Positions 25,209-35,504 of a stretch of DNA of 57,813 nucleotides are shown one piece after another. A program made the translations under genes and the position numbers. The notes under the pieces were generated by a model. The model ran no database searches, was not told where the DNA came from, and worked only from the letters and a program-made list of their open reading frames with translations. Numbering within the stretch: position 1 is the stretch's first letter; every line of letters starts with the position of its first letter. This stretch comes from a virus (Duplodnaviria; Caudoviricetes): the IMG/VR virus record IMGVR_UViG_3300028586_000026, positions 1-57,813 of that record; one strand, written 5' to 3'.

Positions 25209-26162
25209 ATGGCCGAGTCCAGCACCATCACGCGCGAGATGATCGACGCCCCGCAAGACCATGGCGAGAAGACCCTCTGGTACATGGAGGTCGCCGGTCC
25301 GGACGATATGCACGCCGTCCCGGACTTCTGGACTGGGCTAGCCTGGGCCGCGGAGCTGAACGCCTTCATCGCTGCCAGGGCGGCGAAGGAAAAATGGGCG
25401 GCCGACGACAACTGGCCGCTGACCCAGGCAACCATCCGGCGATGGACGTGGTCCGCCGAGCAGCATGCGACCATGCTGGCCCGCGAGCTGTCCGAGCGTC
25501 AGGAGCATGCCGAGAAGCGTGCTGCTGCGATCGCCGACGTGGAGCGCGAGAACCGCGAGCTGCGGGCCTACCTCAAGGCGTTCTGCGCCGCGACGATCGA
25601 CCCGGAGGACCGCGGCCGGGACGTGTCGGCGCACGAGGCCAACCCGTTCATCACGTACCAATTCCTCTACGTCGAGGAAGGCGACCCGCAGGCGGACCGG
25701 ACCATCACCGGCGGTCAGGTCCGACGTGCCATGGAGCTCGTCGGCTTCGACAAGCTCAAGATCCAACCGTCCGACCGGACCATCGCTGACGAACTGACCG
25801 AGGCGCGGGATCTGAGGCGCGAGATCGGATACCTGCGGCGGCTTGAGGAAGGCGCGCTGGGCGAGATTGCTCGGGAGCGCCGCCGTCAGGTCGAGGCCGA
25901 GGGTTGGACGCCCGAGCACGACGACACGCACGGCAACGGCGAGATGGCGACAGCCGCTGGCTGCTACGCCTTCATGGGCGGCCTGTACGACCACGCGCGC
26001 CGTCGCATTGAGCGGGAAGGCGCGCCCTACCGGTGGCCGTGGGATCCGTCGTGGTGGAAGCCGATCGACAACCGCCGTGACCTGGTCAAGGCCGGCGCGC
26101 TGATCCTGGCCGAGCTCGAGCGCCTGGACCGGGCCGCCCTCGCGACGGGAGGCGCCCAATGA
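25209..26162 (+). CDS. Hypothetical multi-domain phage protein
   Basis: C-terminal ERRRQ..EGWTPEHDD...WPW...LVKAGALILAE domain common in phages. Confidence 0.7.
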   Translation: MAESSTITREMIDAPQDHGEKTLWYMEVAGPDDMHAVPDFWTGLAWAAELNAFIAARAAKEKWAADDNWPLTQATIRRWTWSAEQHATMLARELSERQEHAEKRAAAIADVERENRELRAYLKAFCAATIDPEDRGRDVSAHEANPFITYQFLYVEEGDPQADRTITGGQVRRAMELVGFDKLKIQPSDRTIADELTEARDLRREIGYLRRLEEGALGEIARERRRQVEAEGWTPEHDDTHGNGEMATAAGCYAFMGGLYDHARRRIEREGAPYRWPWDPSWWKPIDNRRDLVKAGALILAELERLDRAALATGGAQ

Positions 26163-26555
26163 GCGATCTGACCCTTGAGGAGAAGACGAGCTACGCCGTC
26201 ATGCGGGCTCGCGAGATCGAGGCGGAGAAGCACTTCTTCGATGCCGCGCAGCCGTTCTTCCCGCTCGGTTTCTCGGTGGGCTACCGCAACCCCGGACATT
26301 GGGATGTGATCGCCCAAGAGTGTCCAGGCCGGGCCAGTGCATGGCGCGCGGCACATCCCGAAGGCTTCACGTCTGCGCAGGACGGCCAGCGCGCCCGAGC
26401 CTTCCGCATCCGAGGCGAGCCCGGCCAGGTCGTCATCTACGACGAGCGCTGGAACCCGCACCGCGAGCGGGGCGGCGAGCCCCTGACCTTCCGCAGCGTC
26501 ACCGGCGCAATGCTCTGGATCGTCGAGGAGATGATGCAGGAGCCGGAGGCCGCCC

Positions 26556-26563
<8 letters not shown>
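26159..26563 (+). CDS. Hypothetical protein
   Basis: Coupled ORF. Confidence 0.65.
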
Positions 26564-27684
<1,121 letters not shown>

Positions 27685-27692
<8 letters not shown>

Positions 27693-28155
27693 ACCGATCA
27701 CCCTGGAGACCGTGCGCGCTGGTGCCCTGCGCGAGGCCGGGCACCTGAACTACGGGAAGCGCGGCGGCGGCACGATCTGGCAGCACACGACGATCCGACG
27801 CCTCAAGGCGATCGACCGGCCGGCACTGACCGACAAGGAGCGGATCGAGCATCGCGGCGGCCTCCGCGAGTGGAGCGTGGATGGCGCACGGGCAACCTGC
27901 CTGGAGGATGCCATCGCCGCTCTCAACGTGCCGGCCGTGCTGTCGGAAGAGGAGGCCGAGGTGCTCGCCCACGTGCCCAGCGATTGGGTTCGGCTGCACG
28001 ACTTCCGGACGGCCCTGGCCGAGACCCTCAGCCGGCAGGTCGGCATCGATCTCATGCTGTGCGGCGACAAGGGCTTCACCGAGACGGAAATGCGCCCCGG
28101 GAAGGAGCGCCGCGAGCCGTGGATCCGCAGGAAGATGGAGGCAGCCCATGGGTGA
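27685..28155 (+). CDS. Hypothetical protein
   Basis: GGAGG RBS, overlap with neighbours. Confidence 0.65.
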
Positions 28156-28491
28156 GCAGAGGCGCCGCAACGAGCGGATGACGCCCCAGGAGCGCGCCAC
28201 CCAAGAGCTGACGCGCAAGCTCGTCGACGAAGGCAAGCTGATCGAAGCCGGATGGGCGGGACTGGCCGCCATGTGGCTGCCGGCGGACGCGCCGGACCAC
28301 CAAGTGGCCGACCTCCGCAAGGCCTTCATGGCTGGCGCTCAGCACGCCTGGTCGAGCCTGATGACGATGCTGGAACCGGGCGCCGACCCGACCACGGCCG
28401 ACCTGTCCCGCATGGAGAAGATCCAGGCCGAGCTCGATGCGTTCGGCGCCGAGCTCGTGCGTGACCACTACCGACGAAGGGGACCGCGTGA
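28148..28491 (+). CDS. Hypothetical protein with apparent 1-nt deletion near 28472
   Basis: No in-frame stop; adding one base gives ...HYPTKGTA-TGA coupled to ATG 28491. Confidence 0.55.
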
Positions 28492-28775
28492 TGCAGACGG
28501 AGAAACAAGCCTTCTTCCACGTGCCGACCCTACGCCAGCGCATCTGGCGCCGCCTCGGCTTCCGCTACCACCTCGGCGAGGAGCCCGAGGGCTGCGAGGC
28601 TCTCCAGGGATGGATGCGCACCGACATCCAGCTGCACTTCGACTGGCTGGACAGGCTCCGGCTGCTGGTCACCGGCCGGCTGTTCATCGCCTCGATCGTC
28701 CACACGGACACGCCCTCAGCGACGGTCTCCAAGAGCCGCGTCGACTGGATGGTCAAAGCTCCAGGGGAGGCCTGA
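28491..28775 (+). CDS. Hypothetical protein
   Basis: MQTEKQAFF... Confidence 0.65.
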   Translation: MQTEKQAFFHVPTLRQRIWRRLGFRYHLGEEPEGCEALQGWMRTDIQLHFDWLDRLRLLVTGRLFIASIVHTDTPSATVSKSRVDWMVKAPGEA

Positions 28776-28777
28776 CC

Positions 28778-29065
28778 ATGCACATCGGACGTGTGGCGGG
28801 CGCGACCCGCAACCTCGGAGCCCCGAAGGACTGGGATGAGGCCAAGGATGGCATCTGCGGAGGCCTGCCGATCCGCGACGAGCCGCACAGCCCGGGCGTG
28901 AACCGCATGGTCTCCGCCTGGCTGCCGACCATGGAAGAGATCGCGCTCATGGTGGCGGGCGCGCCGATCTACCTGTCGGTGGTCGGCACCTCGCATCCGC
29001 CTGTCTGGGTCTTCGTCGGCGAGCCGCCGGCGGAGGATGCTGTCGAGGAGGTGGCCCGTGGCTGA
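28778..29065 (+). CDS. Hypothetical phage protein
   Basis: GGAGG RBS; LGAPKDWD...CGGLP...SAW...HPP. Confidence 0.7.
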   Translation: MHIGRVAGATRNLGAPKDWDEAKDGICGGLPIRDEPHSPGVNRMVSAWLPTMEEIALMVAGAPIYLSVVGTSHPPVWVFVGEPPAEDAVEEVARG

Positions 29066-29702
29066 CCGCCCCATCCTGTTCAGCGCCGCTATGGTCCAGG
29101 CGCTGCTCGCCGACCGGAAGACGCAGACGCGCCGGATCCTGAAGCTGCCCAAGTGGGCGAGCACCGACCCGAGCCACATCGAGTTCGGAGCATCGGGGGC
29201 GCCGGAGGTGATCTGCCGGGACACCGGCTGCCTCGCGACGCTTCCGCTACCCTACGCCGTTGGTGACCGGCTGTGGGTGAAAGAGACGTGGCGCGCGTCC
29301 TACGGGCTCGACTGGCATGATGAAGCGCTGGGTCGAGCGCCGAAGCCAAGCGATATCCCGGTAGGGAGCGTGCTGGAGTATCTCGCTGATGGCGAGCGGG
29401 AGTTGGGCGGCAAGATCCGCCCGAGCCTCTTCATGCCGCGCTGGGCCAGCCGCCTGACGCTCCTGGTGACGGAGGTCCGGGTCGAGCGGCTGAACGACAT
29501 CAGCGAGGCGGATGCGCGGGCTGAAGGCGTCTACCCGATCTGCGACCACGGCGTAGGCAACCAGCATCTGCACTCAATCGCCTTCCAGCAGCTCTGGTGC
29601 TCGCTTCACGGCGAAGGCGCTTGGATCGCGAACCCCTGGATTTGCGCGGTGAGCTTCCGCTGCATCCAGCAGAACATCGACACCTTGGAGAAGGCGGCAT
29701 GA
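29058..29702 (+). CDS. ASCH/PUA-like phage protein
   Basis: RPILFS..MV.A...RKTQTRR, GDRLWVKE, PSLFMPRWASR, NPW. Confidence 0.75.
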   Translation: MADRPILFSAAMVQALLADRKTQTRRILKLPKWASTDPSHIEFGASGAPEVICRDTGCLATLPLPYAVGDRLWVKETWRASYGLDWHDEALGRAPKPSDIPVGSVLEYLADGERELGGKIRPSLFMPRWASRLTLLVTEVRVERLNDISEADARAEGVYPICDHGVGNQHLHSIAFQQLWCSLHGEGAWIANPWICAVSFRCIQQNIDTLEKAA

Positions 29703-30322
29703 CTGCGCGGATTGACTTATCCGGTCAGCGGTTCGGGCGCTGGATGGTGGGCAGCCATGCCGGCGGGAAGCGCTGGAATTGTCGATGCGATTGCGGCACC
29801 GAGAGAGCAGTCGACGGCGGTAGCCTGCGGCGAGGCATCAGCGCCGGGTGCAACACCTGCGCCCCGAGCCGAGCCAACCGTCGCACGCACGGCCAGAAGC
29901 GCTCGCGCCTCTACAGCATCTGGTGCGGGATGAAGGCGCGCTGCAGCAACGCGCGCGAGCCCGCGTTCGAGCGCTACGGCGGTCGCGGCATTCGTGTCTG
30001 CAAGGCATGGGCAGAGAGCTTTGAGGCCTTCCGGGACTGGGCTCTCGCGAACGGCTACGAGCCGCATCTCACCATCGACCGCGAGAACAACGACGGCCAT
30101 TACGAGCCCGGAAATTGCCGGTGGGCGACCAATCGCGAGCAGAACCGGAACTACAGCCGGAATCGGCCGATCCAGTATGCGGGCCGCTACGTCTTGATCG
30201 GCGACTTGGCGGCTGAGCGCGGTCTCCCGGCAGACATCGTGAAGAACCGCGTCCGCCGGTACGGCTGGCCAATTGAGCGGGCGCTCTCGACACCGGTCAT
30301 GTCGCGTGGAGGCGTCCGATGA
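29699..30322 (+). CDS. Free-standing HNH (homing-type) endonuclease
   Basis: DLSGQRFGR, CRCDCG, YGGRGI, TIDRENNDGHYEPGNCRWAT. Confidence 0.8.
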   Translation: MTARIDLSGQRFGRWMVGSHAGGKRWNCRCDCGTERAVDGGSLRRGISAGCNTCAPSRANRRTHGQKRSRLYSIWCGMKARCSNAREPAFERYGGRGIRVCKAWAESFEAFRDWALANGYEPHLTIDRENNDGHYEPGNCRWATNREQNRNYSRNRPIQYAGRYVLIGDLAAERGLPADIVKNRVRRYGWPIERALSTPVMSRGGVR

Positions 30323-30405
30323 AGGCAGTTACCTTCGCCGTCCACGCGCGCAACATCGACCGGCTCGCCCCGGCCGCCGCCCTCGAAATCGCGGGGGCGG
30401 CATGA
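30319..30405 (+). pseudogene. 28-codon remnant resembling the C-terminus of the ASCH-like gene
   Basis: MKAVTFAVHARNIDRL versus ICAVSFRCIQQNIDTL. Confidence 0.5.
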
Positions 30406-30860
30406 CCCGACTTCAGTATCGCCGCTGGTACGACTTCGCGCGCCGCATGGCCCTACGCACGATGGACGTAACGCCAGCACGCCGCGCCAAGATCATGAAG
30501 GAGGTTCGGCACATCCTCTGGATCTTGGAGAACGATGTTCCCGAGATCGCGAGTTGGGACGGACCGGGGTGCTACGTCGGCGACGAGGTCGACCGCATCC
30601 TTTACGATCGCGGCCATAACAGCGAGCGCCAATACAGCAACGGCAACGTTGATCAGCGGGAGCACCGCTTCATCAATCAGGTCTCGTGCTGCATCCGCGC
30701 GGGCCTCGACGTTGCTCTGACGCCATCGGCTGGGGTTCTCGGTTGGACCGTTGGCGACCTGCGCCGGATGTATCCGCTCGGGCTGCCGGCCTGGGTCGCG
30801 TCCTACTTTGTCGAGCCGATCACGACTGACGTCTCGGACGAGATGGGGGTCTGGCTGTGA
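30402..30860 (+). CDS. Hypothetical protein
   Basis: ATGA overlap; MTRLQYRRW... Confidence 0.65.
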   Translation: MTRLQYRRWYDFARRMALRTMDVTPARRAKIMKEVRHILWILENDVPEIASWDGPGCYVGDEVDRILYDRGHNSERQYSNGNVDQREHRFINQVSCCIRAGLDVALTPSAGVLGWTVGDLRRMYPLGLPAWVASYFVEPITTDVSDEMGVWL

Positions 30861-31477
30861 CCGCCGCCCTCGCCACCCCCGACCTGTTCGGCGTGCCCTT
30901 CGCCGACACGATCGCCCGCTCGGCCAACCTGTCTCGCTGCGGCGCCTACCGCTTCACGCTGACCCGCACGTGGTCGAGCGAGGGCGGCCACGTCTGCTTC
31001 ATCGGGCTGAACCCGAGCACGGCCGACCACCGGCAGGACGACCCGACCGTGCGCCGCTGGATCCACTTTGCCAGGTCGTGGGGCTACGGCGGGTTCACCG
31101 CGGTCAACCTCTACCCGCTGCGCACCCCGTCGCCGGCCGAGTGCCGCGCCTGGGCGCAGTTAATGGACAACGGCCCGGACTGGCACGCTCGCGACGTGAT
31201 CCACTTCAGCAACCTGCCGCTGCTCGTGCGCGAGGCAAAGGCGGCCGCGCTGGTCGTGGCCTGTTGGGGCGCCGGCGCATGGGATCCTGAGTTCGTCGAC
31301 CACGTGCTCGAGGAGATCACCACCGGTGAGGCGCCCTGGCCGACCGTGCACTGCTTCGGCCTGACCGCCGACGGCGCGCCGATGCACCCGATGGCGCGGG
31401 GCCGGTCGCGGATTCCAGATCACGCCCGGCCGGTGCTGTGGATGCCGAAAGAGCGGGGAGGGGGCGATGCCGCGTAG
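30857..31477 (+). CDS. DUF1643 family protein
   Basis: YRFTLTR.W, GLNPSTAD..DDPT, VNLY, WG, HP. Confidence 0.85.
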   Translation: MTAALATPDLFGVPFADTIARSANLSRCGAYRFTLTRTWSSEGGHVCFIGLNPSTADHRQDDPTVRRWIHFARSWGYGGFTAVNLYPLRTPSPAECRAWAQLMDNGPDWHARDVIHFSNLPLLVREAKAAALVVACWGAGAWDPEFVDHVLEEITTGEAPWPTVHCFGLTADGAPMHPMARGRSRIPDHARPVLWMPKERGGGDAA

Positions 31478-31739
31478 CGTCCGCACACCAGAGCGGGTTG
31501 AGCGACCGCCCCTGCCGTTCGCTCCTAAAGGACTCTCTCGCCTTGAGGCGGCCCGCTACGTGGGCGTCTCGACTACCACCTTCGACGAGATGGTGCGCGA
31601 GCGGCTGATGCCTCGTCCGAAAGCTGTCGGCACCCGCGTGCTGTGGGACCGCGCACAGATCGATCTGTTCTTTGAGGCGCTGCCAGAGCGGGAGTCGTCG
31701 CAGGAGAGCGATGAGGATATCCTAGCGAGGCTTGGGTGA
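31467..31739 (+). CDS. xis: Excisionase / AlpA-like HTH
   Basis: LSRLEAARYVGVSTTTFD...MPRP...LWD; precedes int. Confidence 0.8.
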   Translation: MPRSVRTPERVERPPLPFAPKGLSRLEAARYVGVSTTTFDEMVRERLMPRPKAVGTRVLWDRAQIDLFFEALPERESSQESDEDILARLG

Positions 31740-32890
31740 CGCGCATCCGAGTGAAGGGCTTCAAGATCTTCGCCGATCGCCATGGTGTCATGCGGTGCTA
31801 CCACCGCGCCACCAACGAGAAGATCGACCTGAAGGCGGCACCGCTTGGTTCGGCCGCGTTCTTTGCCGAGGTGGCGCGTATCGGCCAGAGCGCTGAGGTC
31901 GCCGCAGCACCCAAAGCTGGCACGTTGGGCAGCCTGGTCGCCGCCTACCGTGCGCACGCAGCATTCACCGACCTCGCGCCGCAGACGAAGGCCGATTACC
32001 AAAAGGTCCTCGATTACCTGAAGGACATCGACGGCACCGCACTGGACCGCTTCACCCGCCCTTTCGTGGTGAAGGTCCGGGACCGCGCGGCCGAGCGAAA
32101 GGGCCGGCGCTTCGGGAATTACGTCAAGGCGGTCCTGTCGCTGCTGTTCGCTTGGGGATCCGAGCGCGGCCACCTCCCGGCCAACACGGCGACCGGCATC
32201 AAGGACCTGCGCAAGAAGAAGGGCGAGCCAGACGCGAACCGACCGTGGTCGGACGCGGAGCGCGAGGCGGTGCTGGCCGCCGCGCCGCCGCACATCCTCA
32301 CGCCGGTGGCGCTGATGATGTTCACCGGTCTCGGGCCGAAGGACGCGCTCGGCCTGCAGCGTGAAGCCTACCGGGACGGAGAGCTCTCCACGAGCCGATC
32401 GAAGACCGGCGAACCGGTGTTCTGGCCGGCGCCGCTGCCGCTCGCGATGATCCTGGCGGCGGCTCCAGAGCACAAGGCTCCGACGCTATGCGCGAACTCC
32501 GAGGGGAAGCCGTGGACGCTCAGCGGATTCCGCGCGTCGTGGCGGCCGATCCGGTTGCGCCTAGAGGAGGCCGGCAAGGTCCAGCCCGGTCTGACCTTGT
32601 ACGGGCTCCGGCACACGCTGGCGGTGGTGCTGCGCGAGATCGGTCACGACGAACGGGCGATCGCCGACGCGCTCGGACAGCGCACGATCGAGATGGCGCG
32701 GCACTACGCGAAGGGGGCAGATCTGGCGCCGAAGATGCGGGCTTTGGTGGCGACGCTAGACGCAGAATTTGCCCGCCGAAGCGAGAGCAAGCGTCAAACC
32801 GATGCTGGAAAAGTGTCAAACCGGGATGTGGCTCAACCGGTCGATGCTAATGATAACAAGGAGTTGAATGGTAGCGAGGGAGGGATTTGA
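31736..32890 (+). CDS. int: Tyrosine integrase
   Basis: YGLRH, LGQ..EMARHY (catalytic Tyr); the motif I Arg position reads TGLGP. Confidence 0.9.
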   Translation: MTRIRVKGFKIFADRHGVMRCYHRATNEKIDLKAAPLGSAAFFAEVARIGQSAEVAAAPKAGTLGSLVAAYRAHAAFTDLAPQTKADYQKVLDYLKDIDGTALDRFTRPFVVKVRDRAAERKGRRFGNYVKAVLSLLFAWGSERGHLPANTATGIKDLRKKKGEPDANRPWSDAEREAVLAAAPPHILTPVALMMFTGLGPKDALGLQREAYRDGELSTSRSKTGEPVFWPAPLPLAMILAAAPEHKAPTLCANSEGKPWTLSGFRASWRPIRLRLEEAGKVQPGLTLYGLRHTLAVVLREIGHDERAIADALGQRTIEMARHYAKGADLAPKMRALVATLDAEFARRSESKRQTDAGKVSNRDVAQPVDANDNKELNGSEGGI

Positions 32891-33010
32891 ACCCCCGACA
32901 CAAGGATTATGATGCACCGCTTGTGTGTTTGATCGCCGCTACTTAGCTCGCGAAAATGCGTCAAACTGCATGGCCGGTTTCAATAGCTTACGGGTCCGAT
33001 TGTCAAACCG
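32793..33010 (+). repeat. Integrase arm-type sites
   Basis: GTCAAAC(CG) at 32793, 32815, 32960 and 33002, flanking the core. Confidence 0.7.
32869..32913 (-). mobile_element. attP: attP core = 3' half of a tRNA(CAT), probably Met
   Basis: Reverse complement ATCATAATCCTTGTGTCGGGGGTTCAAATCCCTCCCTCGCTACCA; 5' tRNA half absent. Confidence 0.88.
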
Positions 33011-33057
33011 TCCGGACCCGTCTCGACTCGTCGTTGCGTGCGCGATACCGGTGCCGG

Positions 33058-33315
33058 ATGGCCTCGAACCCGACCGTCTCCGAACTCCGGAAAACGTCTG
33101 ACGTCACGGACGACGAGATCACCGCCGCGGTCGACGCGGTGTTGGCTGACCTCGCGAGCGAGGCCTATCCGCTGGCCAACGGCTGGACGCTCGACCTAGT
33201 CGCGGCGGTCGCGAATCACAAAGCCTCCCAGGACGCGCTCCTCACCGACCGGGAGGCCTACAAGCGCAACATGGTTCGCACCGCGATCCTGCTGGCTCAT
33301 CCGGTGAAGGAATGA
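33058..33315 (+). CDS. Hypothetical protein
   Basis: MASNPTVSEL... Confidence 0.6.
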   Translation: MASNPTVSELRKTSDVTDDEITAAVDAVLADLASEAYPLANGWTLDLVAAVANHKASQDALLTDREAYKRNMVRTAILLAHPVKE

Positions 33316-33328
33316 AGGGAGCGGTCAG

Positions 33329-33835
33329 GTGACGCCAGCCGAGTACGTCGAAGTGGTCGTCATGCCGACGGTGCGGGAGTTCATGCAAAAGCCCGGCGAC
33401 CGACGGCTGGCCTACTTGTCCGCGATCGCTGCCTTCCACATCTCGGACTATCTGCTGCGCGCCGGGCCGCCAGCAACCAAGCCAGAGGCGGAGCTAAAGC
33501 GAATCCGCGATGTGCTGCGTTCGGACCTCAACCACTGGTACGACGCCGTTGACGGGGTGGCGAACGGAACCAAGCACTGTGGCAGAGATCACGGGGTGCC
33601 ATTCAAGCCTGACGACGAGGAATATGTCCCGGCGTTCGCCGCTGATGAAGAGGGCAGCGGTGCGGATCAAGGGCGCTGGGATGGCCCAGGCCTTCTTGTG
33701 ACCGTAGGAGACGAGCGGGTCTTCGTGGACAACGCCCTTGGGTACTTCCTGTTGGCCTGTGCGCGGCACTTCCCCGACCGCATTCCGAGCATTCAGCCTT
33801 CGGATTGGGACCCGAAGCTCAGATCGGCCAGCTGA
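33329..33835 (+). CDS. Hypothetical protein
   Basis: GGAG RBS; FHISDY...ANGTKH, possibly HEPN-like. Confidence 0.65.
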   Translation: MTPAEYVEVVVMPTVREFMQKPGDRRLAYLSAIAAFHISDYLLRAGPPATKPEAELKRIRDVLRSDLNHWYDAVDGVANGTKHCGRDHGVPFKPDDEEYVPAFAADEEGSGADQGRWDGPGLLVTVGDERVFVDNALGYFLLACARHFPDRIPSIQPSDWDPKLRSAS

Positions 33836-33838
33836 CAG

Positions 33839-34024
33839 ATGTCGGACGACGACACCGATCCGATCATGCGGGCCGCCACAGCTCTGAAGGCGGCCGGCGT
33901 CGAGATCGCACCGATCGGCGAAGAGCTCGAGCACTGGCGGATCGGCGACTTCATCCGGAGCGATGCCGACGTGTGGCGCCTGGCCGTGAGCCGGGGGCTG
34001 GTAGAGGCTGACGAGCCGGGATAG
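33839..34024 (+). CDS. Hypothetical protein
   Basis: Short acidic ORF in operon. Confidence 0.55.
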   Translation: MSDDDTDPIMRAATALKAAGVEIAPIGEELEHWRIGDFIRSDADVWRLAVSRGLVEADEPG

Positions 34025-34033
34025 CTCGGCCCC

Positions 34034-34264
34034 ATGCCGCCCGAACGCACCAACCGTCTCCACGTCACCGCCCTGCGGGCCTGCGGCCACTACGGACGCA
34101 ATGGCATGCGGCACGGGGCTCACCGGAAGACGATGTTGGCCCTCGCCGAACTCGGCCTCGTCGAGGAGCGGACGCGGATCGGGCATCGCGAGCCGAGGTG
34201 GTTTCTGACGGCTACCGGCAAGGATCTGCTGGAGCAGATTGGGATGGGCGATGCGGGGGATTGA
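34034..34264 (+). CDS. Winged-helix-like small protein
   Basis: LAELGLVE...WFLTATG. Confidence 0.55.
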   Translation: MPPERTNRLHVTALRACGHYGRNGMRHGAHRKTMLALAELGLVEERTRIGHREPRWFLTATGKDLLEQIGMGDAGD

Positions 34265-34288
34265 GCGCACCACCTTGCCACTTAGTGG

Positions 34289-34594
34289 CTAATTCCCACC
34301 GCCGAGCCGACTGCGGATGTGCTTCTCCAGCATGGCCACGTGCCGAGGGATTTGGTGGTTGACGAAATCCACGCGCACCTGAAGCTTCGCTTCGTTCGAT
34401 CCGATCTGCAACGCATGGGATTGAAGGTTCTTCTTGATACCTTCGATCACAGCCTCATGCATCTCCCTCGGGTGAGACCGAATATAATTTGCAGACAAGT
34501 CAGCGACCATTGCGCCGAGAACAATGATTTGCGCTTGGATGTCCAAGAGCAACGACTGCGTTTCAGCCAAATGTTCTTTCGTCTTTTGGTCCAT
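34289..34594 (-). CDS. Hypothetical protein (lower GC)
   Basis: MDQKTKEHL... Confidence 0.55.
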   Translation of the reverse strand: MDQKTKEHLAETQSLLLDIQAQIIVLGAMVADLSANYIRSHPREMHEAVIEGIKKNLQSHALQIGSNEAKLQVRVDFVNHQIPRHVAMLEKHIRSRLGGGN

Positions 34595-34652
34595 CAACTC
34601 GCTGCCGCTGGCTTGAAATAGCTGGTGTGCGCTGGCCGTTCGTCCGATCCGA

Positions 34653-35435
34653 TTATGAGAGGATCGCCGCGTCGAGCTTCGTTCCCGTAATCTCTTGCAG
34701 TTCCTGCAGTTCATCGTTCGCTATGGACCGGTCGAGATGTCCCGAGGACAAGCAGAACTGCTTGAGAAACCTCTCGGGCTCCTCCTGTCCCCAGTTGACG
34801 TGAGCGTGAAAGTCCATGCTGACGCAAAATTTGTAATAGCTCGCCGCACCCAAAAGATTGAATTCCGAAAACTCGTATTGGCTCGCCGCCTTATCCAAGA
34901 GCGCGTCCACGCCGCCATGGTTTTCATCGAGCCACAAATTCAGCATCAGGCAAAGCTCTCGCGGATATATCAGCGGTAGCATCGCCATGAATTCCAAATC
35001 GACTTGTCGCAGCGCGGCCCTTGACGTGAAAAGTTGCCAGGGTGTCAACATTCGGTTTCTGTAAAAGAAGTCATACTCGCGATGATATAGGAGCGGCATG
35101 CTACCGCGGAACAACGAATGCGGCTCGTATTTCTTATTGAACACGCAATCGCTGTCGACGTGATGAATGTAGTCAGCGTTCGTAAATTCGTAGGCCCTGA
35201 GCTTGTCCCGCTGCTGTCCGAGATAGTCCCTTTCGTACTCTCTGGTGATTTTGTGTATCACGCCCGGAAAGTTGGCCACCACGCGCGAGATCACCTCGGC
35301 AGAAGACGGTGGGCAGACGACGACAGTTTCGGAAAACCCCTCGCAGAACCGCATTATGGACGCGAGGCAGTAGTGCAGGCGCTCCGCGTCCTTATGGTAG
35401 GTTCTAACAAACAGGGCGTGTTTCGTGTCTGGCAT
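34653..35435 (-). CDS. GT-A-like glycosyltransferase (DUF6492-like)
   Basis: LFVRTY.KD, QQRDKL, HVDSD (DxD), FSEFNLLG; lower GC. Confidence 0.65.
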   Translation of the reverse strand: MPDTKHALFVRTYHKDAERLHYCLASIMRFCEGFSETVVVCPPSSAEVISRVVANFPGVIHKITREYERDYLGQQRDKLRAYEFTNADYIHHVDSDCVFNKKYEPHSLFRGSMPLLYHREYDFFYRNRMLTPWQLFTSRAALRQVDLEFMAMLPLIYPRELCLMLNLWLDENHGGVDALLDKAASQYEFSEFNLLGAASYYKFCVSMDFHAHVNWGQEEPERFLKQFCLSSGHLDRSIANDELQELQEITGTKLDAAILS

Positions 35436-35504
35436 GTGCACTGTTCTCAGGCGATGTTCTAGAACGACGGCCCTGTTTATTGCCTCTCCAACCGCGATGC
35501 TGAA

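Noticed and set aside
32869-32913. Second functional tRNA gene
   Set aside because: Only the anticodon loop to CCA is present, with no D arm or 5' acceptor strand; interpreted as attP.
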